Shown here: positions 32,916-44,232 of the stretch, in pieces
Layout: the number at the start of each line of letters is the position of its first letter
Position numbering within the stretch: the stretch's first letter is position 1
From: Truepera sp.
Lineage (GTDB): Bacteria > Deinococcota > Deinococci > Deinococcales > Trueperaceae
DNA length: 64,000 bases
NCBI GenBank assembly: GCA_965218435.1
Contig: CBDCKW010000005.1
Location: forward strand, 64,001-128,000
Reading direction: 5' to 3'
Program-made: the position numbers and the translations under genes
Notes under the pieces: generated by a model
The model's input: the letters and a program-made list of their open reading frames with translations, nothing else
Database searches by the model: none
Told to the model about the DNA's origin: nothing

Positions 32916-33854
32916 TCAAGTCATCATGCTAGCCGAGCCAGGAGATAGAGTACGTTTGAGATGTCGAAACAGTTCACGAGCGATGTAGGTTTTGAAGATA
33001 CGCAGAGAGGCTCGTTGCGTTTTGCCCTGAGCCTTGAGCTTTGCCAGCAGCGTCTTAGTCCGTTCGTCACAACGACTTCTCGTTAGCGCGATGATGTGGA
33101 GTGCCCAATTCAGACGGCGGTTGCCGCCGTGGTTGAGCTGCATCCGGCTGTTCTTGCCACTGCCTCGTTCGACCGGGGCAGCACCGCAGTAGCTGGCGAA
33201 CTGGCCTTCATTTGCAAAACGTTCGATCGTACCGACTTCGCCCAAAATGACGCTAGCTACCACGGGTCCAACGCCTAAAAGCTCCAGCAACGTAGGTGCA
33301 GAAGCCTTGACCCGCGTCTTCATCTGTTTAGCCAGCTCGGTAAGTTGCTCTTGCAAGACCTGAATGACCTGCGTCAAAGCAGGACGGACAGACGAACCTG
33401 CACCGAGTGCTTGTAAGGCCATCTTGTTGGCTTTGAGTTGCTCGGACAGACGCCTTTGAGTCCGCGTCAGGTCTTGCAACTCACGCTGCTGTTCCCCAGG
33501 TTGAAAGGGAGGCAGTTCAGGATTAGCCATGAGCGCTCTCGCGGCGTTTTGGGCATCCACGACATCGTTTTTCTTTCTACTCAGACGAGCGCGATACTGA
33601 CTGGTGAGATTTGGAGGGATGTGGCAAACCACCTCGCCCTGCTCAAGTAGTTCATTCACGAACGGCAGGATGTAGCGGTTGGCTGCTCCTTCGACGGCCC
33701 AACGACGTTCCGAAAAAGAGCGTGCAAAGCAGTGAAGCTGCGTTAGACCTTCGGCATTATTGGTTACCGTCAAAAATGCCAGCGTGCTGCCGTGCTCATC
33801 AAGCGCAGCTACAGTATGGCCGTCTGGATGCGGGTCAAGACCTATTGTGACCAT
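32916..33854 (-). CDS. IS110 DEDD recombinase
   Basis: IGLDPH, AVEG, KNDVVDA, GVGP, YCGAAPVERGSG, GNRRLN. Confidence 0.93.
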   Translation of the reverse strand: MVTIGLDPHPDGHTVAALDEHGSTLAFLTVTNNAEGLTQLHCFARSFSERRWAVEGAANRYILPFVNELLEQGEVVCHIPPNLTSQYRARLSRKKNDVVDAQNAARALMANPELPPFQPGEQQRELQDLTRTQRRLSEQLKANKMALQALGAGSSVRPALTQVIQVLQEQLTELAKQMKTRVKASAPTLLELLGVGPVVASVILGEVGTIERFANEGQFASYCGAAPVERGSGKNSRMQLNHGGNRRLNWALHIIALTRSRCDERTKTLLAKLKAQGKTQRASLRIFKTYIARELFRHLKRTLSPGSASMMT

Positions 33855-33877
33855 GTCGCCTTACACCTCCTATGATG

Positions 33878-34029
33878 AGGTAGGCACGGCGTACGCATGT
33901 CTGAACGGATCATGCCTTACGGCAGCCTGGTATCCGGCGTTATGCCGTGCCCTAATCGTTGGTGAGGTGTGCAAATCAAGTTACAGCCACATCATTAGGC
34001 TGACAGAACCTGGGCAACACCCCAAGCTC
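33878..34029 (-). ncRNA. candidate IS110 bridge RNA
   Basis: 5' hairpin and long nested stem-loop downstream of TATAAC; loop segments match the element ends. Confidence 0.6.
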
Positions 34030-34048
34030 GTTATACAGACGGAACCCT

Positions 34049-34537
34049 TCAAATCTCTGGCTCTAGCATCGCTAGCCGTTCGCGTACCTTATCGCTGATG
34101 GCGGTCAGCATCGCCATTTCTTCCTCGCTGAGATGATCAATGACGACGGAGCGGATGTCAGCTACGTGCTGCGGAAGCGCGGTTTTGATCAGCTCTCTGC
34201 CCTGTGAAGTGATGGCAACGACCGCACTCCGCCGGTCGTCGAGGCACCGCTCGCGCGACACTAGACCCCGAGTCTGCATCCGGCCCAAGTGTTGAGAGAG
34301 ACGACTCTTCTCCCAGCGCAGCAAGTGAGCGAGCTCGAAGGACCGCAACCGCCCCTCAGATGCCTCCGAAAGGTGGGCCAAGACCCGGAAGTCGGCGCTC
34401 GAGAGGCTACAACGGCTGCGCAGCTGCCTGTCGAGGAACTCGCCGAGGTCTTCTTGCATCGCTATTAAGCTGCGCCAGGCTCGCTCTTCTCGATCATCCA
34501 GTCCATCCAGCAATTTCACGTTAATCATACCTATCAT
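34049..34537 (-). CDS. MarR family regulator
   Basis: WEKSRLSQHLGRM, DRRSAVVAITSQG; start uncertain. Confidence 0.88.
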   Translation of the reverse strand: MIGMINVKLLDGLDDREERAWRSLIAMQEDLGEFLDRQLRSRCSLSSADFRVLAHLSEASEGRLRSFELAHLLRWEKSRLSQHLGRMQTRGLVSRERCLDDRRSAVVAITSQGRELIKTALPQHVADIRSVVIDHLSEEEMAMLTAISDKVRERLAMLEPEI

Positions 34538-34546
34538 TCTAGCATT

Positions 34547-34598
34547 TAGTTGACATGGTAACCATCTAAGCATAGAGTGTAGTTAACATGGTAACCAT
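34547..34598 (+). promoter_or_regulatory. promoter with tandem MarR operators
   Basis: TAGTTRACATGGTAACCAT at 34547 and 34580; TTGACA(34550)-N17-TAGAGT. Confidence 0.75.
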
Positions 34599-34770
34599 TA
34601 GGAGGTTATATGACCCCAGTACGTAAATGTAGCCCGTTATTTTGCATACGGCCAGTCAAGACGCCATCAGGTCCTCGGTTGTCGTCCGCCGCAGGTCGGC
34701 CTCACCTGCACTTAACCAATCCGGGTAACCCAAACTTACGCAAGACCCGTTTAGCCTAAAGGAGACCGAA

Positions 34771-35313
34771 ATGAAGATTGTGACGATTGGACGAGGGAAG
34801 ATCGGTGGAGGGCTAGCCAACCTTTGGCGGAACGCAGGCCACGAGGTCGACGGGCTTGGGCGTGATGGTGGGGATGCATCGAGCGCGGACGTCGTCCTGA
34901 TCGCCGTGCCCGGCGCAGAGATCTCACCCGCCTTGAGCAAGGTGACAGGACTCGCGGGGAAGATAGCGATCGACGCTACGAACATCCTGCCCGCGCGTCA
35001 CGGCGACTTCGAGTCCTACGCCCACGAAGTGAAGTCTTTCACCCACGCCCCGGTTGCCAAGAGCTTCAACATGAACTTCGGGAAGCTGTTCGGCGCAGCG
35101 CGGGAGCAGCGAGTGCGACCGAGCAACCTGTACGTCGCCGACGACGGTGCCCGCGACGTCACTGAGCAGCTTATCCGCGATGCCGGGTACGATCCGGTCA
35201 ACGTTGGGGACCTGTCACGAGCCCGCGACTTCGAGAACGCGGTGTGGCTACTGATCGGTATTCAGCCGGTCGGCGGGGTGTTCTACCGATTCGCCGTGCC
35301 TGGCGAGCTCTGA
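34771..35313 (+). CDS. NADP oxidoreductase, F420_oxidored family
   Basis: IGRGKIG, IDATN, KSFN. Confidence 0.85.
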   Translation: MKIVTIGRGKIGGGLANLWRNAGHEVDGLGRDGGDASSADVVLIAVPGAEISPALSKVTGLAGKIAIDATNILPARHGDFESYAHEVKSFTHAPVAKSFNMNFGKLFGAAREQRVRPSNLYVADDGARDVTEQLIRDAGYDPVNVGDLSRARDFENAVWLLIGIQPVGGVFYRFAVPGEL

Positions 35314-35402
35314 TCAAATTGACCGGCGCATGAGGGTTCGTCAATCCGGACCCGCTGGCCAGCCGAACGTCCACGTAATTGTCATCACCAAGAGGAGAAC
35401 AT

Positions 35403-36359
35403 ATGAAAGCAGCAATTGTCCGAGGCTCCAACCAGACACCCGTTTACGGGGAATTCGACGAGCCCAGGCCGCGGGACGGCCTGGTGGTAATTCGTGTCGC
35501 AGCCTCCGCGCTCTCCAACGTCACGCGCGCGCGGGCAGCGGGTAACCACTACTCGACGACAGGCGGGTTCCCCCTCGTGCCTGGCATTGACGGCGTCGGC
35601 CGGACGGAGAGTGGTGCGCGCGTCGGGTTCCTGCTGCCGGAAGCACCCTTCGGCGGCATGGCTGAAAAGACGCTTGTGCGAGAGGCACTCTGCCTACCGG
35701 TCCCAGACAACGTCAGCGACGCGCTCGCTGCGGCGATCATCAACCCGGGTCAGTCACCGATTGGCGCACTGCGCAACCGTGCAGCTTTCCAGCGCGGCGA
35801 GAGCGTCTTGATCAACGGTGCGACAGGCACGACCGGGCAGGTCGCCGTCCAGATCGCTAAGTATCTAGGTGCCGACCGCGTAGTCGCCACTGGCCGCAGC
35901 TCCGACGCGCTGGCCAAGCTTATCGAGCTGGGGGCTGACGCCACCGTTGACCTCACTGCCGATGCCGACGTCATCCGAGACTCGCTAGCGGTGCACCTCG
36001 CCGACGGCGGCATCGACGTCGTCCTCGACTACCTCTCCGGCCTGCCCACTGAGACCGTCATGGCGGCCGTCGCCGGTAGCCACAAAGCGGCCAAGCCAGT
36101 CCGCTACATCATCGCCGGCACTGCTGCGGGCGCATCAATCAACGTGCCCACCAGTGTGCTGGGGTCCACCCCACTCCTGCTAATGGGCAGCGGGATCGGA
36201 GCGGTGAGTGTGCCTGACATCGTGCAAGCGGCCGCAGACGCCCTACAGATCGCTGGATTGGCGAACCTGCAGGTCGACCTGACCGAGATACCACTGTCCC
36301 AAGTTGAGGAGGCGTGGGTTGCCAACCACGACCGTAGCCGCGTCGTCTTCACAATCTGA
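35403..36359 (+). CDS. MDR-family quinone oxidoreductase-like protein
   Basis: PGIDGVG, INGATGTTG, DVVLDYL. Confidence 0.88.
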   Translation: MKAAIVRGSNQTPVYGEFDEPRPRDGLVVIRVAASALSNVTRARAAGNHYSTTGGFPLVPGIDGVGRTESGARVGFLLPEAPFGGMAEKTLVREALCLPVPDNVSDALAAAIINPGQSPIGALRNRAAFQRGESVLINGATGTTGQVAVQIAKYLGADRVVATGRSSDALAKLIELGADATVDLTADADVIRDSLAVHLADGGIDVVLDYLSGLPTETVMAAVAGSHKAAKPVRYIIAGTAAGASINVPTSVLGSTPLLLMGSGIGAVSVPDIVQAAADALQIAGLANLQVDLTEIPLSQVEEAWVANHDRSRVVFTI

Positions 36360-36571
36360 CTGGTCGCTCGAATGGCTGAGGAACGTGCACAGAGCGAAGC
36401 CTGAAGGGGTCCGAGTATTAGTAGGAACGGAGTAAGCCAAGAAAAGGAGCACGAATATGACAGCTCAACCTACCAACATTTAGGCCGCAACACCGTTTTG
36501 AGCCCCGCACAGCGCGGGGTCCACACAGGCTTAACTTCTACAGCTAAACCCGCCGGAGGCGCTGAAAAGGT

Positions 36572-37641
36572 CTAAGCTGGTCGGTGCTCCAGGGTGACGT
36601 AAGCGTCACGGCCAGCTCCAAGACCCGCAAACAGCAGCGCCACCGTAACTGCGAACAGCAGGGCTAACGGCAAACTCCACGACCGCGTGAGGTCGTGAAG
36701 AACGCCGAAAAGAAAAGGACCAGCTGCAGCTAAGAGATACCCGGCCGACTGAGCCATCCCTGAAAGCGCGGCGGCCCCCGCAGCGTCGGCTGTGCGCAGC
36801 GCGAACAGGGTGAGCGCCAAGCTGATGCTCGCCCCCTATCCGAGCCCTAAAAGCGACACCCAGAGTACAGTCAGCACACTGCCCGAGAGCAGAAGGCCCA
36901 AGATGCCCGCGCCGCTCGAGAGGGCCGCCGCCGCGAGCAGATCGCGCTGAGCAGGGCGGCGTCCGGCGAGTATCGGCGCGATCAGCGCCGCCGGGATACC
37001 GACGAACTGCATGAGCGAGACCATCCAGCCCGCCTGGGCCGCGCTCATGCCGCTGTCTTGCAAGACCTCGGGCAGCCAAGCGATGCTGGCGTAAAACACC
37101 ACCGACTGCAACCCCATAAACAAGGTGACTTGCCAAGCGAGCGGGGACCGCCACAGGCCCCCTTGAGCGGGGACAGCAGCGGCTGAGGCCACAGGTCTCT
37201 CTCCGCGCAGCAGATAGAGCCAGACGACGGCGGCGACAAGCGCAGGAAGCGCCCAGACCCCGAGTGCGCTGCGCCAGCCGACGTTTCCTTGCTGGACTTG
37301 GGCTAAGGGAACGCTCACACCTGCGCCGAGCGCCGCGCCGGAATTCATCACGGTGATGTAGACGCCCATCAGCAGGCCGGTGTGCTCGGGGAACTCGCGT
37401 TTCACGAGGCTCGGCAGCAGCACGTTGCCGACGGCTATGGCTAGGCCCAACAAGGTGGTCCCGGCGAACAGGGCGACGACCCCCGTGCTATCCCCGCCGC
37501 AAGGAGGAGCAGGCTGCCCGTCAGTACACGCTTCAGCCCGAACCTGCGGGCCAGCGCGGGCGCGGGGAGCGAAAGGGCGGCAAAGCAGAGCAGCGGCAGG
37601 GTGGTCAAAAACCCCGCCGCCCCGCTCGAGTGATAAACCAA
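36572..37641 (-). pseudogene. CynX-type MFS transporter, disrupted
   Basis: GNVLLPSLVK, FMGLQS, SGMAQSAGY; frameshift near 37480, TAG at 36836, 5' truncated. Confidence 0.85.
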
Positions 37642-37682
37642 GTTCTAAACCTCCGCTTCAGTTCCGGCTTCTTCGCCGCAGG

Positions 37683-39255
37683 CTATAACAGGGGGGCTAC
37701 CGCAGCCGTTATGGGCACTTCTAGCACCGTTGGCCCGGGGCGGCGCAGGGCAGCTTGTAGGGCCTCGGCCAAGGCGTCCTTTGTAGCGACACGAAAGGCG
37801 GCGCAGCCGTAACCCATCGCCAGCGCGACAAAATCAATGCCAGGAAGGTCCAGGCCGGGCGCGCCGGGCGTCTGCTGCTGGGCGGCAAAGGCTTTGAGAA
37901 TGCCGTATTCCTGATTGCGTAGTACCAGAAACACCACCGGCAGCTGGTGTTGAGCCGCCGTATACAGCGCCTGAACGGAATAATTTGTCGCGCCGTCGCC
38001 TAAAACGGCCAGTACCGGCCGCTGGCGACCGGTGTCCTGCTCGGCCAGCGCCCAGCCCACCGCTGGCAAATAGGGAAAACGAGCGGGGCCGGGTGATGGG
38101 CACCCATTTATGAAACTCTGTCACATTAGAGGTAGACTCCAGCAGCAGCACCGCGTCGTCCGGGCGGTTGGCTTGTAGGGTTGCAAAGACCTCGGCCGGT
38201 ACGAGCACCGCACCCGGTGGGTCAGGTAGGTCGCGCGCCACGCTGCGCGGCGGCGCGGCTGGATAGGACCCCGGCTCTACCAGCTCGAGCAGGGCTTCCA
38301 CCGCCAGACGGGTATCGGCCAGCAGGCTGTCGCCTATAGGGGCGCGCGCAGCCTCGGCCGGGTCGTCGGTGATATGCAGCAGCCGCGCCCCAGCCGGCAG
38401 GTAGTCGCCCGGTACGTAAGGGTAGTAGCGAAATACGGGCGCGCCCACCACCACTAGATCGTGGCCCGCGAGTTGCTCGCTCAGCGGCGCGATAGCGAAG
38501 GGCAAAAACCCTTGAAACAGCGGATGCTCTTCCGAAAACGCGGCCCGCTCACTTTCGGGCGGAGCCCAGACGGGCACCTTTAGGGTTTCGGCCAGCCGCT
38601 GCGCCGCGTCCCAACCGTCAGCGCGGTCTAGGGCGGCCCCTAATACCAACACCGGGCTTTTGGCCTGGCTGATGTGCTGGGCGAATTCTTGTAAGCGGGC
38701 CGGGTCCGGCCCTACACGCTGGCTGAGCGTACGCACGGCGGCGCTGCCCAGAGCCGACTTTGCAAAATCGTCCATCGGCAAGGATAAGAAAACCGGCCCG
38801 GCCGGAGGCTGCACCGCCGTGGCGTAAGCCCGCATCAGCGCAGCGGGCACATCGGCGGCCCGCGCGGGCTCGTAACTCCACTTCACCCAAGGGCGCGGCG
38901 TCTCTACAGCCTGCACGTTGGTGAGGTAGGGCTCTAGCAGCAGCATGTCCCGGGTCTGCTGCCCAGCCGTGACGATCAGGGGCGTTTTGTTGTAAAAGGC
39001 GCAGATCAAGTTACCCACCGCGTGACCCACGCCTGCAAAGGTGTGCAGATTGACCAGCGCCGGCCGACTGTTCCCTTGCGCGTACCCGTCGGCCATTGCC
39101 AGTACGGAGGCTTCTTGCAAACCCAGCACGTAGGTAAAGTCAGCCGGAAAATCCTGTAAGAAGGGCTCTTCAGTAGACCCGGGGTTCCCGAAAATGGTGG
39201 TTAGGCCCAACTGCCGCAGCAGGTCGTAAGTGGCCTCTCGAACGGTGGGTGTCAT
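37683..39255 (-). pseudogene. mdlC: benzoylformate decarboxylase-like ThDP enzyme, frameshifted near 38070
   Basis: FGNPGSTE, LGLQEA, NLH, GDGATNY..LRN. Confidence 0.82.
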
Positions 39256-39564
39256 GGGTAAACAGGCTCCTAAACATAGTGGACCTTCCGATCCACTGCT
39301 GAACTTGTACGAAAAGTCGGTTAAACAAGACTCTTCTGTTCTGTTGTCCTGCTTGCGACCGCTCAAACTTTTTGCCGTATGGCGGCGAGTACGGAATGCA
39401 AATCCCGCAGGCATGGTCTCTTAGTGTGGTGCTAGAGTGCGCAGCATTCTCTGAGAGCGTTGCGTCCCGGATGGTACCCGCTACACCACACAGTTGCTTC
39501 TCGAGTTTGTTTGAAGCAACCGTGTGAGTATTCGCGCTGAGGGTTGACGTAACCGATCCGGGTT

Positions 39565-40514
39565 TTACTGCCGGACAAACGCCAGCGTGTCCGCAATCAT
39601 CTGGTCGGAATTGGTCGCGTAGAAGCCGTGCGGGTGGCCTTCGTACTCGATCAGCTGCGAGCTTGGAATCATGCAGTGGGCGCGTCGGGCAGTCGCTTCG
39701 ATGGGCAAGGGCTTGTCCTCGGTGCCATGCAAAATCAGCGTAGGTACGCTTAGCGCGGGCATGTCGCCTGTGAAGTCACCAAAAGAAAACGAATGCGCCA
39801 TGTCGATGAGCGGCTTCATTCCGGCAGTAAGGGCCGTGGTCACTGCCGCTTCGAGCACGTCTTTACTCGCGGTGTGGGTCCCACCTACACCGTAAAAGGG
39901 CGGCAAAAAGGTGTGCCTAAAGAACGCCGCCGGGTCCTCCTGAATCCCCTGGTTGATGGGATCAAAGCTCGAGCCTGGGTTGCCGTGCGGGTTGTCTTTA
40001 GACTTGAGCACCCCCGGCGTAACCGAGGCGTAAAGCCCGACCTTGATGACACCCTTGCCGTCATGTCGGCTCATGTAGCGCGCCGCTTCGCCGCCGCCCA
40101 TCGAGTAGCCGATCACCGTGACGTCTTTCGTAGCGCCCGTGGCTTGCATCACGTCGGCGAGGTCGTCGGAAAGCGAATCCCAGTCGTAGCCCCCCAGGGC
40201 TGGCTCGACCGGCCCATCCCGCGCCGGTCGTAGTTGAGCACCCGGTGTCCGGCTTCGGCGAGTTTCATAGCGAGGCGGTCGAGGCTGTCGGCGTTGAGCG
40301 GCCAGCCGTGTATGAGGATAACGGGGCGGCCGCTACCCCACTCTTTGACGTAGAGTTCTGTGCCGTCGCGAGTTCTGATTCGGGGCATACGTTGCCTTTC
40401 CACTGCTTGGGGCCTGGTTGCTGGGGCCGCTGCTGCCGTGGACACACCGACGCTCGCGGCGGCGACTCCGGCGGCAACTCCGGTTGCGACTTTTAAGAAA
40501 TTCCTGCGTTCCAT
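39565..40514 (-). pseudogene. Tat-signal alpha/beta hydrolase (non-heme haloperoxidase-like), frameshift near 40190
   Basis: [31 protein letters not shown]. Confidence 0.85.
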
Positions 40515-40641
40515 ACCTCTGCTCCTGACGCGTCTTACGGGCGCTTGGTCGGTTCAGCCTCTTAACGGGCAAGCGTTGTCTGCTTCTCCGTTAGGCGAGA
40601 GTTCGCCGCTACTCATCGAGCGGTTTACCTGTTTCGGTTTT

Positions 40642-41271
40642 TTAGCTGATGAGCTTCCAGGCACTACGAAAACCCAGGTCCAGCGGCTCTTGTAGGGTAA
40701 TCCCGAGAAAGCCCAAACCTTCCAGCTGCCGCGCCCGGCGCAACGAACCGGCGTCCACCGCCACGAGTCCACTGTCCCGGACCAGCGCAGCGACGGTCTC
40801 TTTTGCGTCCGCGTCATCCCCGGCGATCAAAACGTCGAGCGGCTGACCCGCGACCTGACTATCAACTAGAGTTGGCGCGAACGTCGTGTTAAACGCCTTG
40901 ACGATCCGTGTCCCCTCGGAGGCCGCCTTCGCGATCTCCTCAGCCGCCGAACTGTCGGGCGGGGTCACAAGATCATCCATTGTGTCCCAGTTCACCGGAT
41001 TGGTGGTGTCCACGACGACCTTGCCGGAGAGCGCCTCACCGTACCGCTGCATGATGGGCACAGCGGCCTCAAAGGGGACGGCAAGCACGACCACATTGCC
41101 CGTGATGGGATCACCCGTCGTGCCGGAGCCGACCGACCCGCCGAGTTCACCCGCGAGCGCCTCAGCCTTGTCAGCCTCCGTGCCTAGCAGCGTGACGTTG
41201 TGACCTCCGGCGAGAAAGCGAGTCGCAAGGCCTCGAGCCATGTTTCCAGTACCGAATATCGTAATGTTCAC
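40642..41271 (-). CDS. NADP oxidoreductase, F420_oxidored family
   Basis: FGTGNMA, VDTTNP, KAFNT, AGDD. Confidence 0.9.
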   Translation of the reverse strand: MNITIFGTGNMARGLATRFLAGGHNVTLLGTEADKAEALAGELGGSVGSGTTGDPITGNVVVLAVPFEAAVPIMQRYGEALSGKVVVDTTNPVNWDTMDDLVTPPDSSAAEEIAKAASEGTRIVKAFNTTFAPTLVDSQVAGQPLDVLIAGDDADAKETVAALVRDSGLVAVDAGSLRRARQLEGLGFLGITLQEPLDLGFRSAWKLIS

Positions 41272-41344
41272 CTCTTTGCCCCTTTCTTTTCACGCTTTGC
41301 TTACCACCTCTGTATAGGTAAACGGAACATATTCCGTTTAGTTT

Positions 41345-41915
41345 AGCGTGAAAACCCACCGTCTTTGGCGGTGGTGATGTAACGTCGGCTATGCCTTACT
41401 GTTTCGCCTGGGACACATAGGTCGTACCCTAAGGCGTGGGGAAGTATAGAAAGCTTGCGCACGTTGTCTATCAGTGTAATTACCACATTGTGTGGGTGCC
41501 TAAATACCGTTACCGAGTGCTGACGGGTATGGTCAAAGAGTTGGTTGAGAAGGACGTCCATACGCTTTGTGAGTGGCGCTCTGTAGAAGTAATAGAGCTG
41601 AGTGTTCAAGCCGATCACATCCACTTGGTTTGTTCAATTCCTCCCAAGTTGTCAGTATCGGATTTCATGGGATTTCTCAAAGGGAAGCTTGCCATCAAGT
41701 TGTTCAAAAGCTAGCCAGGCTTACGGAAGAAACCATACTGGGGGAATCACTTTTGGACACGCGGTTACTTTGTCAACACTGTAGGTATAAACGAAGACCT
41801 GATCCGTCGTTATGTGAAGTACCAAGAGAAGCGCGAAAAAGAGGAAGAACGCAATCAGCAGGACTTTCTCTTCTAGAGTCATTTTCAAATCCACCGCCTC
41901 TGGCGGTGGTCGTTT
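41345..41915 (+). mobile_element. tnpA: IS200-type element; tnpA 41436-41876 has TAG at 41712; no tnpB
   Basis: YHIVWVPKYR, DHIHL, FWTRGY, YVKYQ; hairpins CCACCG(T/C)C..GGCGGTGG at 41356 and 41891. Confidence 0.88.
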
Positions 41916-41917
41916 AA

Positions 41918-42088
41918 TTGCCGCTGTCGAAGGTGCATGGGAAGCCCAATCCCACTTGCTTGGTAGGGACGGGTGTTCAGGGCGTGCTTGAGGAGGTATT
42001 TTCTCAGGCTCAGGCGGCGGTGGAAGCAGAGCTGGCGCAGGTCTCGCTGTCGGATGTCAGCACGGCGTTTGAACCTACGGAGGTATAA
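41918..42088 (+). pseudogene. Rrf2-family regulator C-terminal fragment
   Basis: VHGKPNPTCLVG..EEVFSQAQAAVEAELAQVSLSDV. Confidence 0.7.
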
Positions 42089-42172
42089 GTCTGAAATTTT
42101 TTTGCCGCGAGTTGTAAGTTTTTTTACATGTTTCTCGTTCTCTCGTTTACTTTCTGCACAAAAGGAGTTTTT

Positions 42173-43024
42173 ATGATCGGAATTACCGGCGCTACCGGCC
42201 ACCTCGGCTACCTGACTGTACAGGCCCTGCTGAACCTAAGCGTGCCTCCTACCGAGATTGTGGCTCTCGTCCGCAACCTCGAGAAAGCGTCGGGGCTGAG
42301 CGCAAAGGGCGTGCAGGTGCGCCACGCCGACTACACCCAGCCGGAAACCCTGAGGGCGGCCTTACAGGGCATTGACAAGCTGCTGCTGATCTCGTCGAAC
42401 GATGTCGCCAACCGCGTCGGCCCACAGCAGAATGTCGTGGCGGCGGCCAAGCAGGCGGGAGTAAAGCTGATCGCCTACACCACCATCCTGCGGGCCGACA
42501 CCTCGACCATGCGGCTGGCCGAGGATCACAAGCACACCGAGGCGGCCATTCGCGAATCGGGCATTCCCTTCGTCTTCTTGCGCAACGGCTGGTATCTGGA
42601 AAACTATAACCCGGCGCAGGCCGCCGAGCACGGCGTGATCGCGGGCAACGCCGGAAAAGGGCTCGTGAGCGCCGCCGCCCGTGCCGACTACGCCGAGGCC
42701 GCGGCGGTGGTGCTGAGCCAAGACGGTCACGAGAACGCCATCTACGAGCTGGGGGGCGATGAGGGCTTCACGCTTGAAGAGCTGGCCGCCGAGGTGCAGG
42801 CGCAGAGCGGCCAGCCCGTCCGCTACCAAAATATGCCGGAGGCCGACTACGCCGCGATGCTGAAGGGTTTCGGCCTGCCTGACGCTATGGCAGAGAAGCT
42901 GGCCGATGCCGACATCAAATTGGAGAAGGGTGAGCTATACACCGACCATCGCGACCTGAGTAGATTGATCGGACGGCCTACCGCGACCCTCTCAGCGGGC
43001 GTCAAGGCTGCGCTTCAAGATTAA
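42173..43024 (+). CDS. NmrA/QorB-like NAD(P)H:quinone oxidoreductase
   Basis: TGATGHLG, LLISS, LRNGWY, RADYAEAA. Confidence 0.9.
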   Translation: MIGITGATGHLGYLTVQALLNLSVPPTEIVALVRNLEKASGLSAKGVQVRHADYTQPETLRAALQGIDKLLLISSNDVANRVGPQQNVVAAAKQAGVKLIAYTTILRADTSTMRLAEDHKHTEAAIRESGIPFVFLRNGWYLENYNPAQAAEHGVIAGNAGKGLVSAAARADYAEAAAVVLSQDGHENAIYELGGDEGFTLEELAAEVQAQSGQPVRYQNMPEADYAAMLKGFGLPDAMAEKLADADIKLEKGELYTDHRDLSRLIGRPTATLSAGVKAALQD

Positions 43025-43028
43025 ACAG

Positions 43029-44232
43029 ATGGAATATACTCCTTCGTCCGCTAGTTCCCAAACGGCTACCGACTGGCCCTACCCACCCCGTCGCACCTGG
43101 CTGGCCATCTTGGCCATCGCTCTCGGCTCTTTCGCGCTGATCATCACCGAACTACTCCCGATCGCCCTGCTCAGTTCGGTCGCGACGGACCTGCGGGTGA
43201 CGGAGGGCACAGCGGGACTATTGGTCGCCTTGCCCGCCATCGTTGCGGCCGTGACCGCCCTCACCATGGCCCTCACGGATGGGCGCACGGATCGACGCAC
43301 GCTCCTTGTGGCCTTCACTGTGTTAATGCTGCTCTCCAACCTGCTCAGCCTCTTCGCTCCGACGTTCACGGTGATGTTGCTCGCGCGCGTGCTCATCGGT
43401 GTCGCCCTTGGCGGCTTCTGGTCCATCGCTGCTTCCCTGGCCCCACGCCTGGTTCGACCGGCGGCGGTGGGCTCAGCCACGGCTACGATCCTCAGCGGCG
43501 TCTCCATCGGTACGCTGATCGCCGTTCCCGCCGGAACTTTCATCGGCATCCAGATGGGCTGGCGAGCGGCCTTCCTCCTCACCGCCGTCCTTGCCGCCGC
43601 CGCTCTGCTCTTACAGCTGGTCCTGGTCCCGCACCTCCCGGCCCGTGCTTCGGCTGGATTGCAGGCCCTGCCGGAACTGCTTGCTCGCCTGCAGATGCGC
43701 GTGCTGCTTGGCGCGGTGCTGCTCGTCTTTATGGGCCACCTGGGTGCCTATACCTATATCAACCCTTTCTTACAAGCCCAGCTCCTCAGCCCTACGCTGA
43801 TCACCACCGTGCTCCTCATTTATGGTGTTTCCGGCATCTTCGGCAATTTCCTAGCCGGTGCACGCGCCGCGCAGCACCCCCACTATCCTTATCCTAGTCG
43901 CGGTCTTAGGCCTGTCGATATTGGCAGCCCTAGTGTTGCCAGCCGCCCCCTGGATAGCGGCGCTCGCCCTGGCGGGCTGGGGTTTCGCATTCGGCGCGAT
44001 TCCCGCATCTTTCCAAAGCTGGGTGTTTCAGGTTGCCCACGACGCCCCCGAAACCGGCTCCGCCATTCTGGTGGCCGCGCTACAGGTGGCGATCGCTTTG
44101 GGAGCGGCCACGGGCGGGCTGCTCGTCGATGCGGCCGGCCCGCGCGCCGCGTTGTGGTTCGGCGTCGCCCTTGCGGTCGCTGGCTTTATGCTGGTAAACG
44201 GCTGGGCGTCGGAGTTGACGATCGGCCGCTAG
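43029..44232 (+). pseudogene. NepI/YdeA-like MFS transporter, frameshift near 43880
   Basis: ITELLPIALL, GGFWS, YTYINPFL; C-terminal helices in another frame. Confidence 0.82.

Larger units (their letters stand above)
32902..34040 (-). mobile_element. intact IS110-family element
   Basis: Transposase, ~185-bp non-coding left end, subterminal IR GTATAACG/CGTTATAC, split -35/-10 promoter. Confidence 0.8.

Noticed and set aside
18622..41714. Stop-codon reassignment suggested by in-frame stops at 18622, 31427, 36836 and 41712
   Set aside because: The expected residues differ (Trp, Trp, Gln, Tyr), and many intact genes end in TAG/TGA. Point mutations or errors fit better.
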